A stretch of 32,000 nt of DNA from the NCBI GenBank assembly GCA_048882505.1, contig JBHLRO010000022.1, positions 30,001-62,000 on the forward strand. Reading direction: 5' to 3'. The notes under the pieces are model-generated. The model was not told the DNA's origin. It saw only the letters and a list, made by a program, of their open reading frames with translations, and did not search any database. Of this stretch, positions 8,587-17,327 are shown in pieces (within the stretch, counting starts at the first letter, position 1; every line of letters starts with the position of its first letter). A program made the translations under genes and the position numbers. The DNA is from Candidatus Thorarchaeota archaeon. Lineage in GTDB: Archaea; Asgardarchaeota; Heimdallarchaeia; Hodarchaeales; Hodarchaeaceae.

Positions 8587-10200
8587 ATGGCAACTAAATT
8601 ACACCCGACAACACAATTCTATCTGTTTTTAGCCCTTCTTATAGGGGTTGTTATTGGCTCTGGAGGAGGCTTCATTATGTTTTCAATAGTCAACCCTAAC
8701 CAACCTGCTAGAGAAACAGTAACTTTTGACATCGGAGCTTATCAATGGGGCTTTGATCCCAATAGAATTGAAGTAAAACTCGGAGACCACGTGGTCTTGA
8801 GATTTTCAAGTAACGCAACTACGGAACCCGCTTACACAAGGCATTCAATTATTATTCAAACCTATAATATAAGCGCTGATTTGCCCGTTGGTCAGATTAC
8901 AATTGTAGAATTTGACGCGACTGTCCCTGGAGAATTTCTTGGTGAATGTGGTATCTTTTGCGGACGAGATCATGCAGCTATGTCTATGACGATCGTTGTG
9001 AGCGGAGCTGAGGAAGATGCTCCTGAACAGGACTTACAACCAGTCACCCAACTTGGCCAAGGTGTTACTGCCGGAACCTGGAATAACTCTGACGTAATGG
9101 TTATAGTCGAGAGAGAAGCCAGATCAATATCGTTTATTGATGGAAGCAGTAATACATACCTCGGAAGATTGTCAGGAATTGGTTATCAACCACATACAGT
9201 TGTGTTTTCTAGTAATTTAACATTTGGCTACATCATCGGACGAGGAGGATGGTTTGTAAAATTTGGTTTGGATGATTTTCAAGCTAAAGCGTGGATAAAA
9301 GTCGGAACTTCAAGTAGAGGAACGGCTATTAGTAACGATGATAACTATGTGCTGGTAAGTAACTATGAGCCGTCAAGTTTCGTGATCGTCAATACAAGGA
9401 CAATGGAAATCGCTAAAGACTACCAAATCCCAATCCCATACGATGAAAACGGAACTACGGAAGGATCCCGGGTTGCATCGATCATTGATACGCCGAACAA
9501 CCTGATGGTCATTGCAATGAAAGATCTAGGTGAAGTGTGGGTAGTTAATATGTCGGAACCGAACTTCCCTGTCGCAAAAATATTCTACGATGTCGGAGAG
9601 GTTCTTCATGACGCATTTTTAACTGAAGATGGACGGTATTACTTCCTAGCTAGTCAGGGGTCAAACTGGATTTGGGTTCTAGATACGGAGACCTTAACAG
9701 AGGTAGCACGGATTACTACTGGAGAAAAACCACACCCTGGTCCAGGTGCACTATGGGGTGATTTGGCTTTCTCACCATCTATTGGTGAGGGAAGATTAAA
9801 CATTTGGAATACCACTTCATTTACGATGCACAGAAATATTACACACGGTGGTCCGGGATTGTTTATTCGATCCTATTCCAGAAATGCTTCCTATCCTTAT
9901 ATTTGGTGGGATACCATACTATCCTCCGATCCTGCTGAAAACAGATTAATCCATGTACTCGATGCAAGAACTATAGATGATCCTACTCCACTGATCTACG
10001 ATTTAGCCCCAGGAAACGGATCCCTTCATCCCGAGTTCACCTATAATGGAAAATATGTCTATGTATCACTTTGGCACGAAAGTAAAGTAGTCGTGTACGA
10101 TGCCTACAACTTCAATGATGGGCCAATAACATCATTTATCATTACAACGCCAACAGGGATCTTTAATGCCGGATTACGCGTCGAAGAAGTAGGGCTGTAA
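8587..10200 (+). CDS. Membrane-anchored CuA cupredoxin-cytochrome d1 beta-propeller fusion (NirS-like, no heme c domain)
   Basis: From the ATG at 8587: one TM helix (aa ~11-35); cupredoxin with AYQWGF, H86 and C121-GIF-C125-GRD-H129-AA-M132; then a cd1-type propeller with GYQPH203, SRVASI, VLH341DA, KPH383PGPG, HPEFTYNG and TPTGIFN. Confidence 0.85.
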   Translation: MATKLHPTTQFYLFLALLIGVVIGSGGGFIMFSIVNPNQPARETVTFDIGAYQWGFDPNRIEVKLGDHVVLRFSSNATTEPAYTRHSIIIQTYNISADLPVGQITIVEFDATVPGEFLGECGIFCGRDHAAMSMTIVVSGAEEDAPEQDLQPVTQLGQGVTAGTWNNSDVMVIVEREARSISFIDGSSNTYLGRLSGIGYQPHTVVFSSNLTFGYIIGRGGWFVKFGLDDFQAKAWIKVGTSSRGTAISNDDNYVLVSNYEPSSFVIVNTRTMEIAKDYQIPIPYDENGTTEGSRVASIIDTPNNLMVIAMKDLGEVWVVNMSEPNFPVAKIFYDVGEVLHDAFLTEDGRYYFLASQGSNWIWVLDTETLTEVARITTGEKPHPGPGALWGDLAFSPSIGEGRLNIWNTTSFTMHRNITHGGPGLFIRSYSRNASYPYIWWDTILSSDPAENRLIHVLDARTIDDPTPLIYDLAPGNGSLHPEFTYNGKYVYVSLWHESKVVVYDAYNFNDGPITSFIITTPTGIFNAGLRVEEVGL

Positions 10201-10220
10201 GTATTTTTTAATACAGCACT

Positions 10221-10260
10221 GGCTCATTTTGAGCCCCTATTTTTCTCTTTTCTTTTTTTT
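10221..10260 (+). terminator. Hairpin + T-tract terminator
   Basis: GGCTCA-TTT-TGAGCC followed by a long pyrimidine/T run, 20 nt after the TAA at 10200. Confidence 0.5.
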
Positions 10261-10391
10261 AGCGTTAGATTGGTACTCATCTATAAGGAGCTGATATGTA
10301 CGAATAAGAAGCTGCTCGAAGTTGCCTCAGAAGCTTATGGAGAGAACAATTTAATTTAAATCTCAATTCACCCGAATCTACCCAAATCGCC

Positions 10392-11504
10392 TTAACTGAG
10401 CCGCTGTAATGCCTCAATTACCTTGGATTGTGTTTGCTTCCGCTCTTCTAGTTCTCGTTTGAGGTAATCGATACTCGAGACTGTGCTTGGATCCTTGTGA
10501 TTCAACATGGCCAGGTAGATACTGATGAAGTCAAATAAGTATGTAACAGACAGCAGTTGGCTAAGCAAGTGGACTCCCTTGCCATGGACCTCGATGAGTT
10601 CACACTTTGGACTTACGATTCTCTTACTGATCTCGAAACGTAAACGAACGTATTGATGCTCTGTTGGGAATCGTATCGCCAATACTAGGAAAGGGTAATC
10701 GTTTTTTTCGTACCCTTCCCATCCAACTATATGATTATGGTTTAGTTCGGGTAATTCCTCAGAGATCGCTAGCATCTTTGAATTCTCGTTGAACTGACAC
10801 TTAATTCGATTTGCAACACATCCATACGGGGCCCAAATAACGGGTATTTTTTGAAACAGATTCATCGCGGTATTTTTTGCACTGTTCTCAGGTAAATTAA
10901 CATCAGGACGACATTGATCTCGTATATCTCGAAGGTTATACAATAATTCATCGATTGCGGTCCCTTGCAAACTTATCATATCGAATGATTGAAAAATCTT
11001 CACCAAAGCAAGAAAAATGAGTGGAAACGCTGCTCGTGGTTGAAAACCCCCTGGAATTTCGAAATGTGGTAGGGAATTCTCCTCAAAAAATCTGGTAATA
11101 TAACCTCCTGAAGATATCCCTACAACAGGGCAGCCTTTTTCGAGAGCTAAGAGAAGACAGGACAGGGTTTCCTCAGTGTTTCCAGAATAAGATACCAAAC
11201 ATACTAATGTATCTTTTCCAACAAATTTAGGAAGATTGTAATTCCTAATCACAGTAACGGGAATTTGCAGCGGAAATATTACCTTAACATAATCGCCACT
11301 AACAGCTGAACCCCCCATCCCGCAAATAATGATGCTATTCGGTTTTTCTACATATGAAACTTCGAACTTATCTGTTTTAATGTGAGAAGGTATTGTAAAA
11401 TCACGCGAAAGAAGAACCTCTATCAATTCAGGCAGACTGTACACCTGGTTCAACATGTTTTTGGGATCGTATTCTTTCATTTGAGCCGTATTATTTAAAT
11501 CCAT
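10392..11504 (-). CDS. Bifunctional phosphoglucose/phosphomannose isomerase (SIS-domain PGI/PMI)
   Basis: GMGGSAVSG, SYSGNTEET, GFQPRAAF, QFNENSK, PELNHN. Start set at the ATG at 11504, which has GGAG upstream. Confidence 0.92.
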   Translation of the reverse strand: MDLNNTAQMKEYDPKNMLNQVYSLPELIEVLLSRDFTIPSHIKTDKFEVSYVEKPNSIIICGMGGSAVSGDYVKVIFPLQIPVTVIRNYNLPKFVGKDTLVCLVSYSGNTEETLSCLLLALEKGCPVVGISSGGYITRFFEENSLPHFEIPGGFQPRAAFPLIFLALVKIFQSFDMISLQGTAIDELLYNLRDIRDQCRPDVNLPENSAKNTAMNLFQKIPVIWAPYGCVANRIKCQFNENSKMLAISEELPELNHNHIVGWEGYEKNDYPFLVLAIRFPTEHQYVRLRFEISKRIVSPKCELIEVHGKGVHLLSQLLSVTYLFDFISIYLAMLNHKDPSTVSSIDYLKRELEERKQTQSKVIEALQRLS

Positions 11505-11627
11505 AAAATCCGCTCCGACTAAGAATTGATAGTATGACAATCATCAATTAAAACATGAACTTCATAATGTGTTCTAGGTACTATCCTTCCTTTTTGCGTT
11601 TTTTTACGGTTATTGTTTTGATGTATT

Positions 11628-12089
11628 ATGCGAGGAACATTCCTCCGACTTCTTAGTTTTCTCGGTGAAACCGGATACTATGCGCGAACGCCAAATGAAA
11701 AAGAAATCTTGTCGGAATTAACTGAAACAGGAGTTGTCCAATTAAAAAAGAGAACGAAAAACGTTTATACACTTACTCGTGAGGGGTATCAGTTGGTTAG
11801 CGAGAGATCAGCGAATACCCCCCAAGTTTCTGATGACCAATTCCTCCAATGGCTAAGAAAAGCTTATCAACAATTGGCCAATCCTCTTAACCCATTGGTT
11901 AAAATACCAGATCTCAGAACTCGATTAAGCACTAAATGTCACGATGCTGTTTTTGAGAAAAAAATGCTGGACTTTCATGATCAAGGAGTCTTGACTCTTC
12001 ACACAGCATTTTCAAAACAACATGCGGAAGGTGGGATAGAATCAAGAACCAAACCTGGGGTATATTACTACGTGATGTTTGAGGCATAG
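11628..12089 (+). CDS. Tandem winged-helix-like protein
   Basis: First wing motif VYTLTREGYQL; second unit LVKIPDLRTRLS...FEKKMLDFHDQGVLTLH...GGIES...YYYV. Ends 5 bp before the ATPase gene. Confidence 0.62.
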   Translation: MRGTFLRLLSFLGETGYYARTPNEKEILSELTETGVVQLKKRTKNVYTLTREGYQLVSERSANTPQVSDDQFLQWLRKAYQQLANPLNPLVKIPDLRTRLSTKCHDAVFEKKMLDFHDQGVLTLHTAFSKQHAEGGIESRTKPGVYYYVMFEA

Positions 12090-12094
12090 TTACT

Positions 12095-13459
12095 ATGAGC
12101 CATCCTGCCACAATTATTACAGAAAATCCATTTCATACCTTTGTTGCACGCCCAGACGTTCCTGTACGTTTTAATCTTAACCGACCCAATCAAATGGCAG
12201 TTGATAATGTCAAACGATTTTTAAAGATAATAAGAGCCAAAAAACGAGAAAACGTCCTTCTTCCAATTATTGCAGAAGCGGGATCAGGCAAAACGCATCT
12301 CTTTCATGTAATTCGGGAAGTTGTGACGGATGCTTACGCAGTATACATTCCAGTCCCCATCAATACCGAGCGGATATTTGCTCATATTTATTTTGAAACG
12401 GTGAAGGCAGGTGGGGCATTGCTTCTTGAGTGGGTAGCGGATTATCTAGAGCAAACTTACAAATCTGTCGAAAACGCAGCTTTGGAATTCCCTGGAATGA
12501 CCAATATAGTAATTACTGGTTTTTTTGCTCTAAAGGATCCTAAACAGGCCAAAATAGCCCTAAAATGGTTAACAGGTTTTGATGTGGACTCTGAGACAGT
12601 CCATTTTAAGCGGACAATAATGGACGATGAAGATCTTGCATTTGCCGCGCTACAATTAATTCTTAGGGTGATTGACAAACCCATTATCTTTTTTATAGAT
12701 GAAGTCGAATCTTTATTTATTTCACAGGGCCCTGAAGCAGAACTTCGGTTTTTGGAGACAATAAAGAAATTAGTTAACGAGGCTTCAAATTTTCTTATGT
12801 GTCTTGCCTGTTTGATCACCCTATGGGATAAAATTCTGGATCTTTCAAGCACTGCATTTCAAGGACGGATTGAACCACCAATTGTGCTGAAACATTTCAC
12901 AAAAGAAGACATAAATGACTATTGTCAATCTGTTCTTCCTGAATTCCACGTTAGGTTTGATATTTCGCCTCCAGATCCTCTGTGGCCATTAGAAAAGGGA
13001 GATATCGAATCTTCATACGCGTACTCACATGGAAATCCTAGAGAAGCTATCAAATGGTTAGCAGGAATAATAGAGAAGAGAAAGATTGCACTTCTGGAAA
13101 CATTGGATACAAATCAACAGTACCTTACTAGAATTGGTTCAAGAGTAAAAACCAAAATTGAACATGTCATCAAAGGTACGGTTGGGCTCCTCCATAAAAA
13201 TCATGGGCTTTTGGTTCCCGTTTCAAATGAAGACCTTCGCATTTTGGTCGTAATACCTCCCCATAACACCGTGTCTGACCTATTTCAGGAATCATTTTGG
13301 GCTGCAGTTGCTCGTAGAACCACAAATGAAGATTATGATAAAATTATCTCGATAGGTGAAGAGGAAGACATGGAACAACAAAAGACCAAGCTAGAATATG
13401 AATATTTTACTGAAGGGGAATTTGAAGAAGGTCTAGCGACAATATTGGACGTCAAATGA
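12095..13459 (+). CDS. AAA+/STAND-like P-loop ATPase
   Basis: Walker A AEAGSGKTH, Walker B IIFFIDEVE, FQGRI arginine region, HGNPRE helical-lid motif. Confidence 0.8.
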   Translation: MSHPATIITENPFHTFVARPDVPVRFNLNRPNQMAVDNVKRFLKIIRAKKRENVLLPIIAEAGSGKTHLFHVIREVVTDAYAVYIPVPINTERIFAHIYFETVKAGGALLLEWVADYLEQTYKSVENAALEFPGMTNIVITGFFALKDPKQAKIALKWLTGFDVDSETVHFKRTIMDDEDLAFAALQLILRVIDKPIIFFIDEVESLFISQGPEAELRFLETIKKLVNEASNFLMCLACLITLWDKILDLSSTAFQGRIEPPIVLKHFTKEDINDYCQSVLPEFHVRFDISPPDPLWPLEKGDIESSYAYSHGNPREAIKWLAGIIEKRKIALLETLDTNQQYLTRIGSRVKTKIEHVIKGTVGLLHKNHGLLVPVSNEDLRILVVIPPHNTVSDLFQESFWAAVARRTTNEDYDKIISIGEEEDMEQQKTKLEYEYFTEGEFEEGLATILDVK

Positions 13460-13769
13460 TCTTAAAGACCAAAAGGAAAATAAAAGATTAAAAGGTCCTA
13501 GGTTTGGCTAGGATCGGATATTTCACCAAAACAAAATCCGAATAGTTTGTTTAAAATTGTTTAAAAAAAATAAACCGCATTTGATTGTTGAAATTAGTTT
13601 CAAGGTATTCGATCGAAATATCATGGAAACCATTTCATCAGGAGATTATCCCTCGGCTCATGTATAGAAAAGAATGAGAAATTCTTGTTAAAGAAAGGCT
13701 ATTGTCCTCTCTTTCTGGATGAAAATGACATAAAAAACATGAACTACTTGGTTCAATCTCAAATTCCTA

Positions 13770-14702
13770 ATGGTGAGTGAACTTAACATGGTCAGCGGAA
13801 TTTACATTTTGAATAAAGAGACAAGCATACCATTATATTCCGTGCCTATCACAAAAGACGGTTTTAATCCGAATAATGGTGATTTGGTATCAGGATTGAT
13901 GGGCGCAATAGTGAAATTTAGCGAACACATCCAAATCGGGCAAATCACAAACTTCGATACACAGGAGCACAAAATCATTGTTGCCAGTTCTGCCAGTAAT
14001 ATCCTCAGTCTAGTTTATGACCAAAAACGCCAATCAATTAGGGACCCACATTACCTTGCGGCCTATTTATTGGATGAATTTGAGCGAAAGTACCCCGAAC
14101 TTAGGGATTCTGAACCACCTGTTGATTTTGACACGACTGGTTTTGATAAGATAATTAGCGATGCCCTTTCACTGAATATGCTTCCGTTTTTCTATAATGT
14201 GGTCAAATGGGCTAAGAAGGAATATGGAGGGGAGCCGCTTCTGCATCAGCAGGCTTATACTGAAAATGAAGAACCAGTTGTCATTGACATAATGTTAGAT
14301 CGGGGCAATCGTGATATAAAAGGGATCTTAGATCGGGTAGCAAGTCGTGTTATCGGTGAAGACTTTTCAAAGGATATAATTTACATAAAGGTAGTCGACG
14401 GCCAGGCAGGTGCGGGAGAAATTCGAGAATTTCTTAACATGTGTTCAGCATTTGGGAGACGTCGGGGACATGACTCTATACCCTCTTACTTTCCCTCAAT
14501 TGCAGTAGTAGTAGCTAGAAGTTATAGTCCTACAGTTCCCCGGATTTTTGCGGAGCTTCAAAACAATGGGGATGCTCACTATCTCATACCAGAAGCCGCC
14601 CCTAGAATTGCTAAATCAATTAACAAACCTCCGAAATCACACCAATGCCTAATCCAATGCTGGCAATGGGATAAACAGTACCCTGATCTCGTTTATGAAT
14701 AA
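13770..14702 (+). CDS. Longin-like domain fused to a restriction-endonuclease-like (Mrr-type) domain
   Basis: N-terminal GIYILNKETSIPLYS...DLVSGLMGAIVKFSEHI...KII...LSLV longin pattern. C-terminal IDIMLDRG...IIYIKV...GAGEIREF...IAVVVARSYS resembles a PD-(D/E)xK topology. Confidence 0.6.
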   Translation: MVSELNMVSGIYILNKETSIPLYSVPITKDGFNPNNGDLVSGLMGAIVKFSEHIQIGQITNFDTQEHKIIVASSASNILSLVYDQKRQSIRDPHYLAAYLLDEFERKYPELRDSEPPVDFDTTGFDKIISDALSLNMLPFFYNVVKWAKKEYGGEPLLHQQAYTENEEPVVIDIMLDRGNRDIKGILDRVASRVIGEDFSKDIIYIKVVDGQAGAGEIREFLNMCSAFGRRRGHDSIPSYFPSIAVVVARSYSPTVPRIFAELQNNGDAHYLIPEAAPRIAKSINKPPKSHQCLIQCWQWDKQYPDLVYE

Positions 14703-14704
14703 AA

Positions 14705-16021
14705 TTAGGCCCATTTCTTGGGCATTTCAGGCCCCCAGCCTTCAGGTATCGTTCCAGTAGCAAAAACCGTGAGTCGATGCTTGAAGCCCTTCAAAAGAGA
14801 ATTTGTTGCCTTGTGCATCTCTGATGGCTCTATTTGCACTAGTTCAGAGTACATTTTATCGGGGAAAATAGGTTCTCGGAATTTGAGGAATTTTTGTAGA
14901 AAGTCCACGCCGTAGGAAGAAGGATCTTCGATTTCGCTCAAATAGTTCCCCCAAACTTCTTCAATCAAGGTATTAACCATCGGCTGGGTCCATTCAATAT
15001 CCTCCAATCTCGCGACTGTATTCATCACTTCTTCAAATACGTTCGGAGTTTGATTAGGGGGAGCCACAAACAAGATCGAAGCGGCAGAAATATCATGTAG
15101 AGGTTCAAAGCCATATCCGCAGACACCTGCAATGCCTTTACTAACTATTTCTCTGTATAAAAGAGAAGTTCTTGAGTTTCCGATATACGTGTTCAGTAGG
15201 AGGAGCGGAAAAATATGTTCCGATGAGATCCCGGGCGCATCTACGCACAATCCTACGTAACAGAGAGGTTTATCGCTAAGTTGGGTACGGTACTTTATAT
15301 TTTCATCACGTTTACCGAGGATGACGGGTGGGGGGTGTTCTGGGTTTGCTCTTGGATTTTCGATCGGGCTATCGAAGAGATCTGTGAGAAATTCTTTCCC
15401 TTCATCTACTTGAAAGCCACCACATAAACCCAAAGCTGCATTGTCGAGGGTATAGTATTTGTTAACATACGTTTCGATCATTGGGATATCCATACCCCTT
15501 ACAGACTCAGGGCTACCAAGGATCGTATGCTCGAGAGGAGTACCTTCAAAATGCAATTTACGAGCTGTAAATAGCGCATGTCTTGCTGGATTATCTAACG
15601 TCAACAAGATTTCCTGGATTACCACATCTTTCTCGGATTTCAGTTCCACGGGATCTAGTCGACGGTTGAGCAGTAACTCACGCCAGATCTGAGCTGCTGT
15701 CTTTAAGTGTCTTGTAGGAACCTTAGCGTAGTAAATTGTGTGATCAAAACTGGTATAGGCATTCAATTCAGCCCCCATACGAGTGAAGGCTTCATTTACT
15801 TCTTGGGTCGAGTATGAGGGGGTTCCCTTAAATGCCATATGCTCAAATAGGTGACTAATCCCATCTGTAGAGCCAGTGCCAAATCCTATCTCCATCATAG
15901 AGCCAACATTGTACGCTATTGCAAATAAGGTTGTTCTTGCCCTGGGAATTCCCACGAGATGCATTTGTAACCCATTGGGCAGAGAAGCGGACTCTATTTC
16001 CTCCTCTACTTTGGTTTTCAC
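14705..16021 (-). CDS. M16 (pitrilysin/insulinase) peptidase, catalytic subunit
   Basis: GISHLFEHMAFKGT (H57xxE60H61), LNAYTSFDHTIYY, EKDVVIQE. Confidence 0.92.
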   Translation of the reverse strand: MKTKVEEEIESASLPNGLQMHLVGIPRARTTLFAIAYNVGSMMEIGFGTGSTDGISHLFEHMAFKGTPSYSTQEVNEAFTRMGAELNAYTSFDHTIYYAKVPTRHLKTAAQIWRELLLNRRLDPVELKSEKDVVIQEILLTLDNPARHALFTARKLHFEGTPLEHTILGSPESVRGMDIPMIETYVNKYYTLDNAALGLCGGFQVDEGKEFLTDLFDSPIENPRANPEHPPPVILGKRDENIKYRTQLSDKPLCYVGLCVDAPGISSEHIFPLLLLNTYIGNSRTSLLYREIVSKGIAGVCGYGFEPLHDISAASILFVAPPNQTPNVFEEVMNTVARLEDIEWTQPMVNTLIEEVWGNYLSEIEDPSSYGVDFLQKFLKFREPIFPDKMYSELVQIEPSEMHKATNSLLKGFKHRLTVFATGTIPEGWGPEMPKKWA

Positions 16022-16027
16022 CTTGGT

Positions 16028-17278
16028 TCACCCTATGGTAATTTCTATCTCAGTTTTCCATTGCTCATTAAGGACAGATGGTTTGATATTGCCTGAAGCG
16101 GCCAAGCTAAAGTTTTCAGGAGCAAGAATGTCCTTCCACCATAGTGTCAGCTCTTTTGGATCAACCTTTCCGATTTCAGCATAAATATTCTCGATCGATT
16201 CTTCTAATCCGTGAATACGACGATTGATCATCTTTCCCGTAATTCCCAAGCAGCTATCGAAATCAAGATCCAGTCCGTTTATCAAGAAATCCTTTGTGGT
16301 TTCGAATTCCCGCTTTGAAACAGGCTTCCTTCCCAAATCTATAATCAGATCAGTCAATCTTCCTAGAGCTTCCCCCACGCGTGCTGGATTAGTTTCCATA
16401 AAACACCTGAGAATCAGGGTATCGTTAATGACGCTCATATTTGACCCGGTAATATATCCCAATCCCAATTCGTCTCGTAGAACACGAAACATGCGGGAAC
16501 CAAACGATTCACCCAGTAGTGCACTTGAAAAACGACAAAATGCTACATTCAAAGGAGTAGCAGCCGTAGTTACGTTTAAACAAAGATATGCATTCTGATC
16601 CGTCGGTACTGGGGACAATACCGAGACTTTCTTTCCATTTTTCCGTTTGGGAAACTTGGTATGCTCGCTAACGGGTAATTTTCTAGGGGAAAATTCTTCA
16701 AACTTCTTTTGTACCTTGGATAGAATAGTTCTATTGAAGTTTCCAACTAAAAAGCCAAACATGTTCTCGCGAAACTTTGAGAGTGTAGCACTCAAATCCT
16801 CTATGCCAATTTTACTTAGAGACTCTTCATCACCAAATTGCGAACGACCCAACAGATGATTCGGGCCAAATATTGCTCTATCAGCATCAAAAAAGAGCAT
16901 CTTTTGTAAGGAGCTCGCCTTAATTTGCTGAACGGTTTGGATTAGTTTTTCGCGTTCAATTTCAAATGCCATTGGATTTAGGATGGGAGTGGAAATAAGA
17001 TCGAACAGGAGATCCAGCACGTCGTCAGAATACCTGGGAAGAACCCGGCAACCAAATATTGAGTAATCTTTTTCTACGGCGGTGAAGAATACCCCACCTT
17101 TGCCATCAATAAGTTTCGCAACCTCTGGTTCAGAATAACGAGAACTACCACGTTTCATAACCTGAGCTAACACCGTGGTAGTTCCTCCTACTAAATCGTT
17201 CGCTGCTCCGTGTTTTGTTACTAAACCAAGAGTGCATGTCCTAAAATGGTCATAAGGGTGAACCATTGACAATTCCAT
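16028..17278 (-). CDS. M16 peptidase-like non-catalytic subunit
   Basis: HxxEH is replaced by TTVLAQVMKRGS. Retains GSRMFRVLRDELGLGY. 6-bp gap to the catalytic gene. Confidence 0.87.
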   Translation of the reverse strand: MELSMVHPYDHFRTCTLGLVTKHGAANDLVGGTTTVLAQVMKRGSSRYSEPEVAKLIDGKGGVFFTAVEKDYSIFGCRVLPRYSDDVLDLLFDLISTPILNPMAFEIEREKLIQTVQQIKASSLQKMLFFDADRAIFGPNHLLGRSQFGDEESLSKIGIEDLSATLSKFRENMFGFLVGNFNRTILSKVQKKFEEFSPRKLPVSEHTKFPKRKNGKKVSVLSPVPTDQNAYLCLNVTTAATPLNVAFCRFSSALLGESFGSRMFRVLRDELGLGYITGSNMSVINDTLILRCFMETNPARVGEALGRLTDLIIDLGRKPVSKREFETTKDFLINGLDLDFDSCLGITGKMINRRIHGLEESIENIYAEIGKVDPKELTLWWKDILAPENFSLAASGNIKPSVLNEQWKTEIEITIG

Positions 17279-17327
17279 GTCTCATCCACCAAAGATTAGC
17301 AGAAAAAGGTACCGAGAGAGAAGAGGG

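Noticed and set aside
8587-10200. Annotation as NosZ or cytochrome oxidase subunit II
   Set aside because: Domain order is the reverse of NosZ, the propeller has cd1 motifs rather than the CuZ multi-His set, and no subunit I gene is adjacent.
11628-12089. ESCRT-II (Vps22/25/36) assignment of the tandem wHTH protein
   Set aside because: No ESCRT gene context and no Vps25-type PPxY motif. Coupling to an AAA ATPase of a different type explains it better.
13460-13769. AT-rich intergenic region as a replication origin beside a Cdc6-like ATPase
   Set aside because: No ORB-type repeats with G-strings; only a short TGTTTAAAA duplication.
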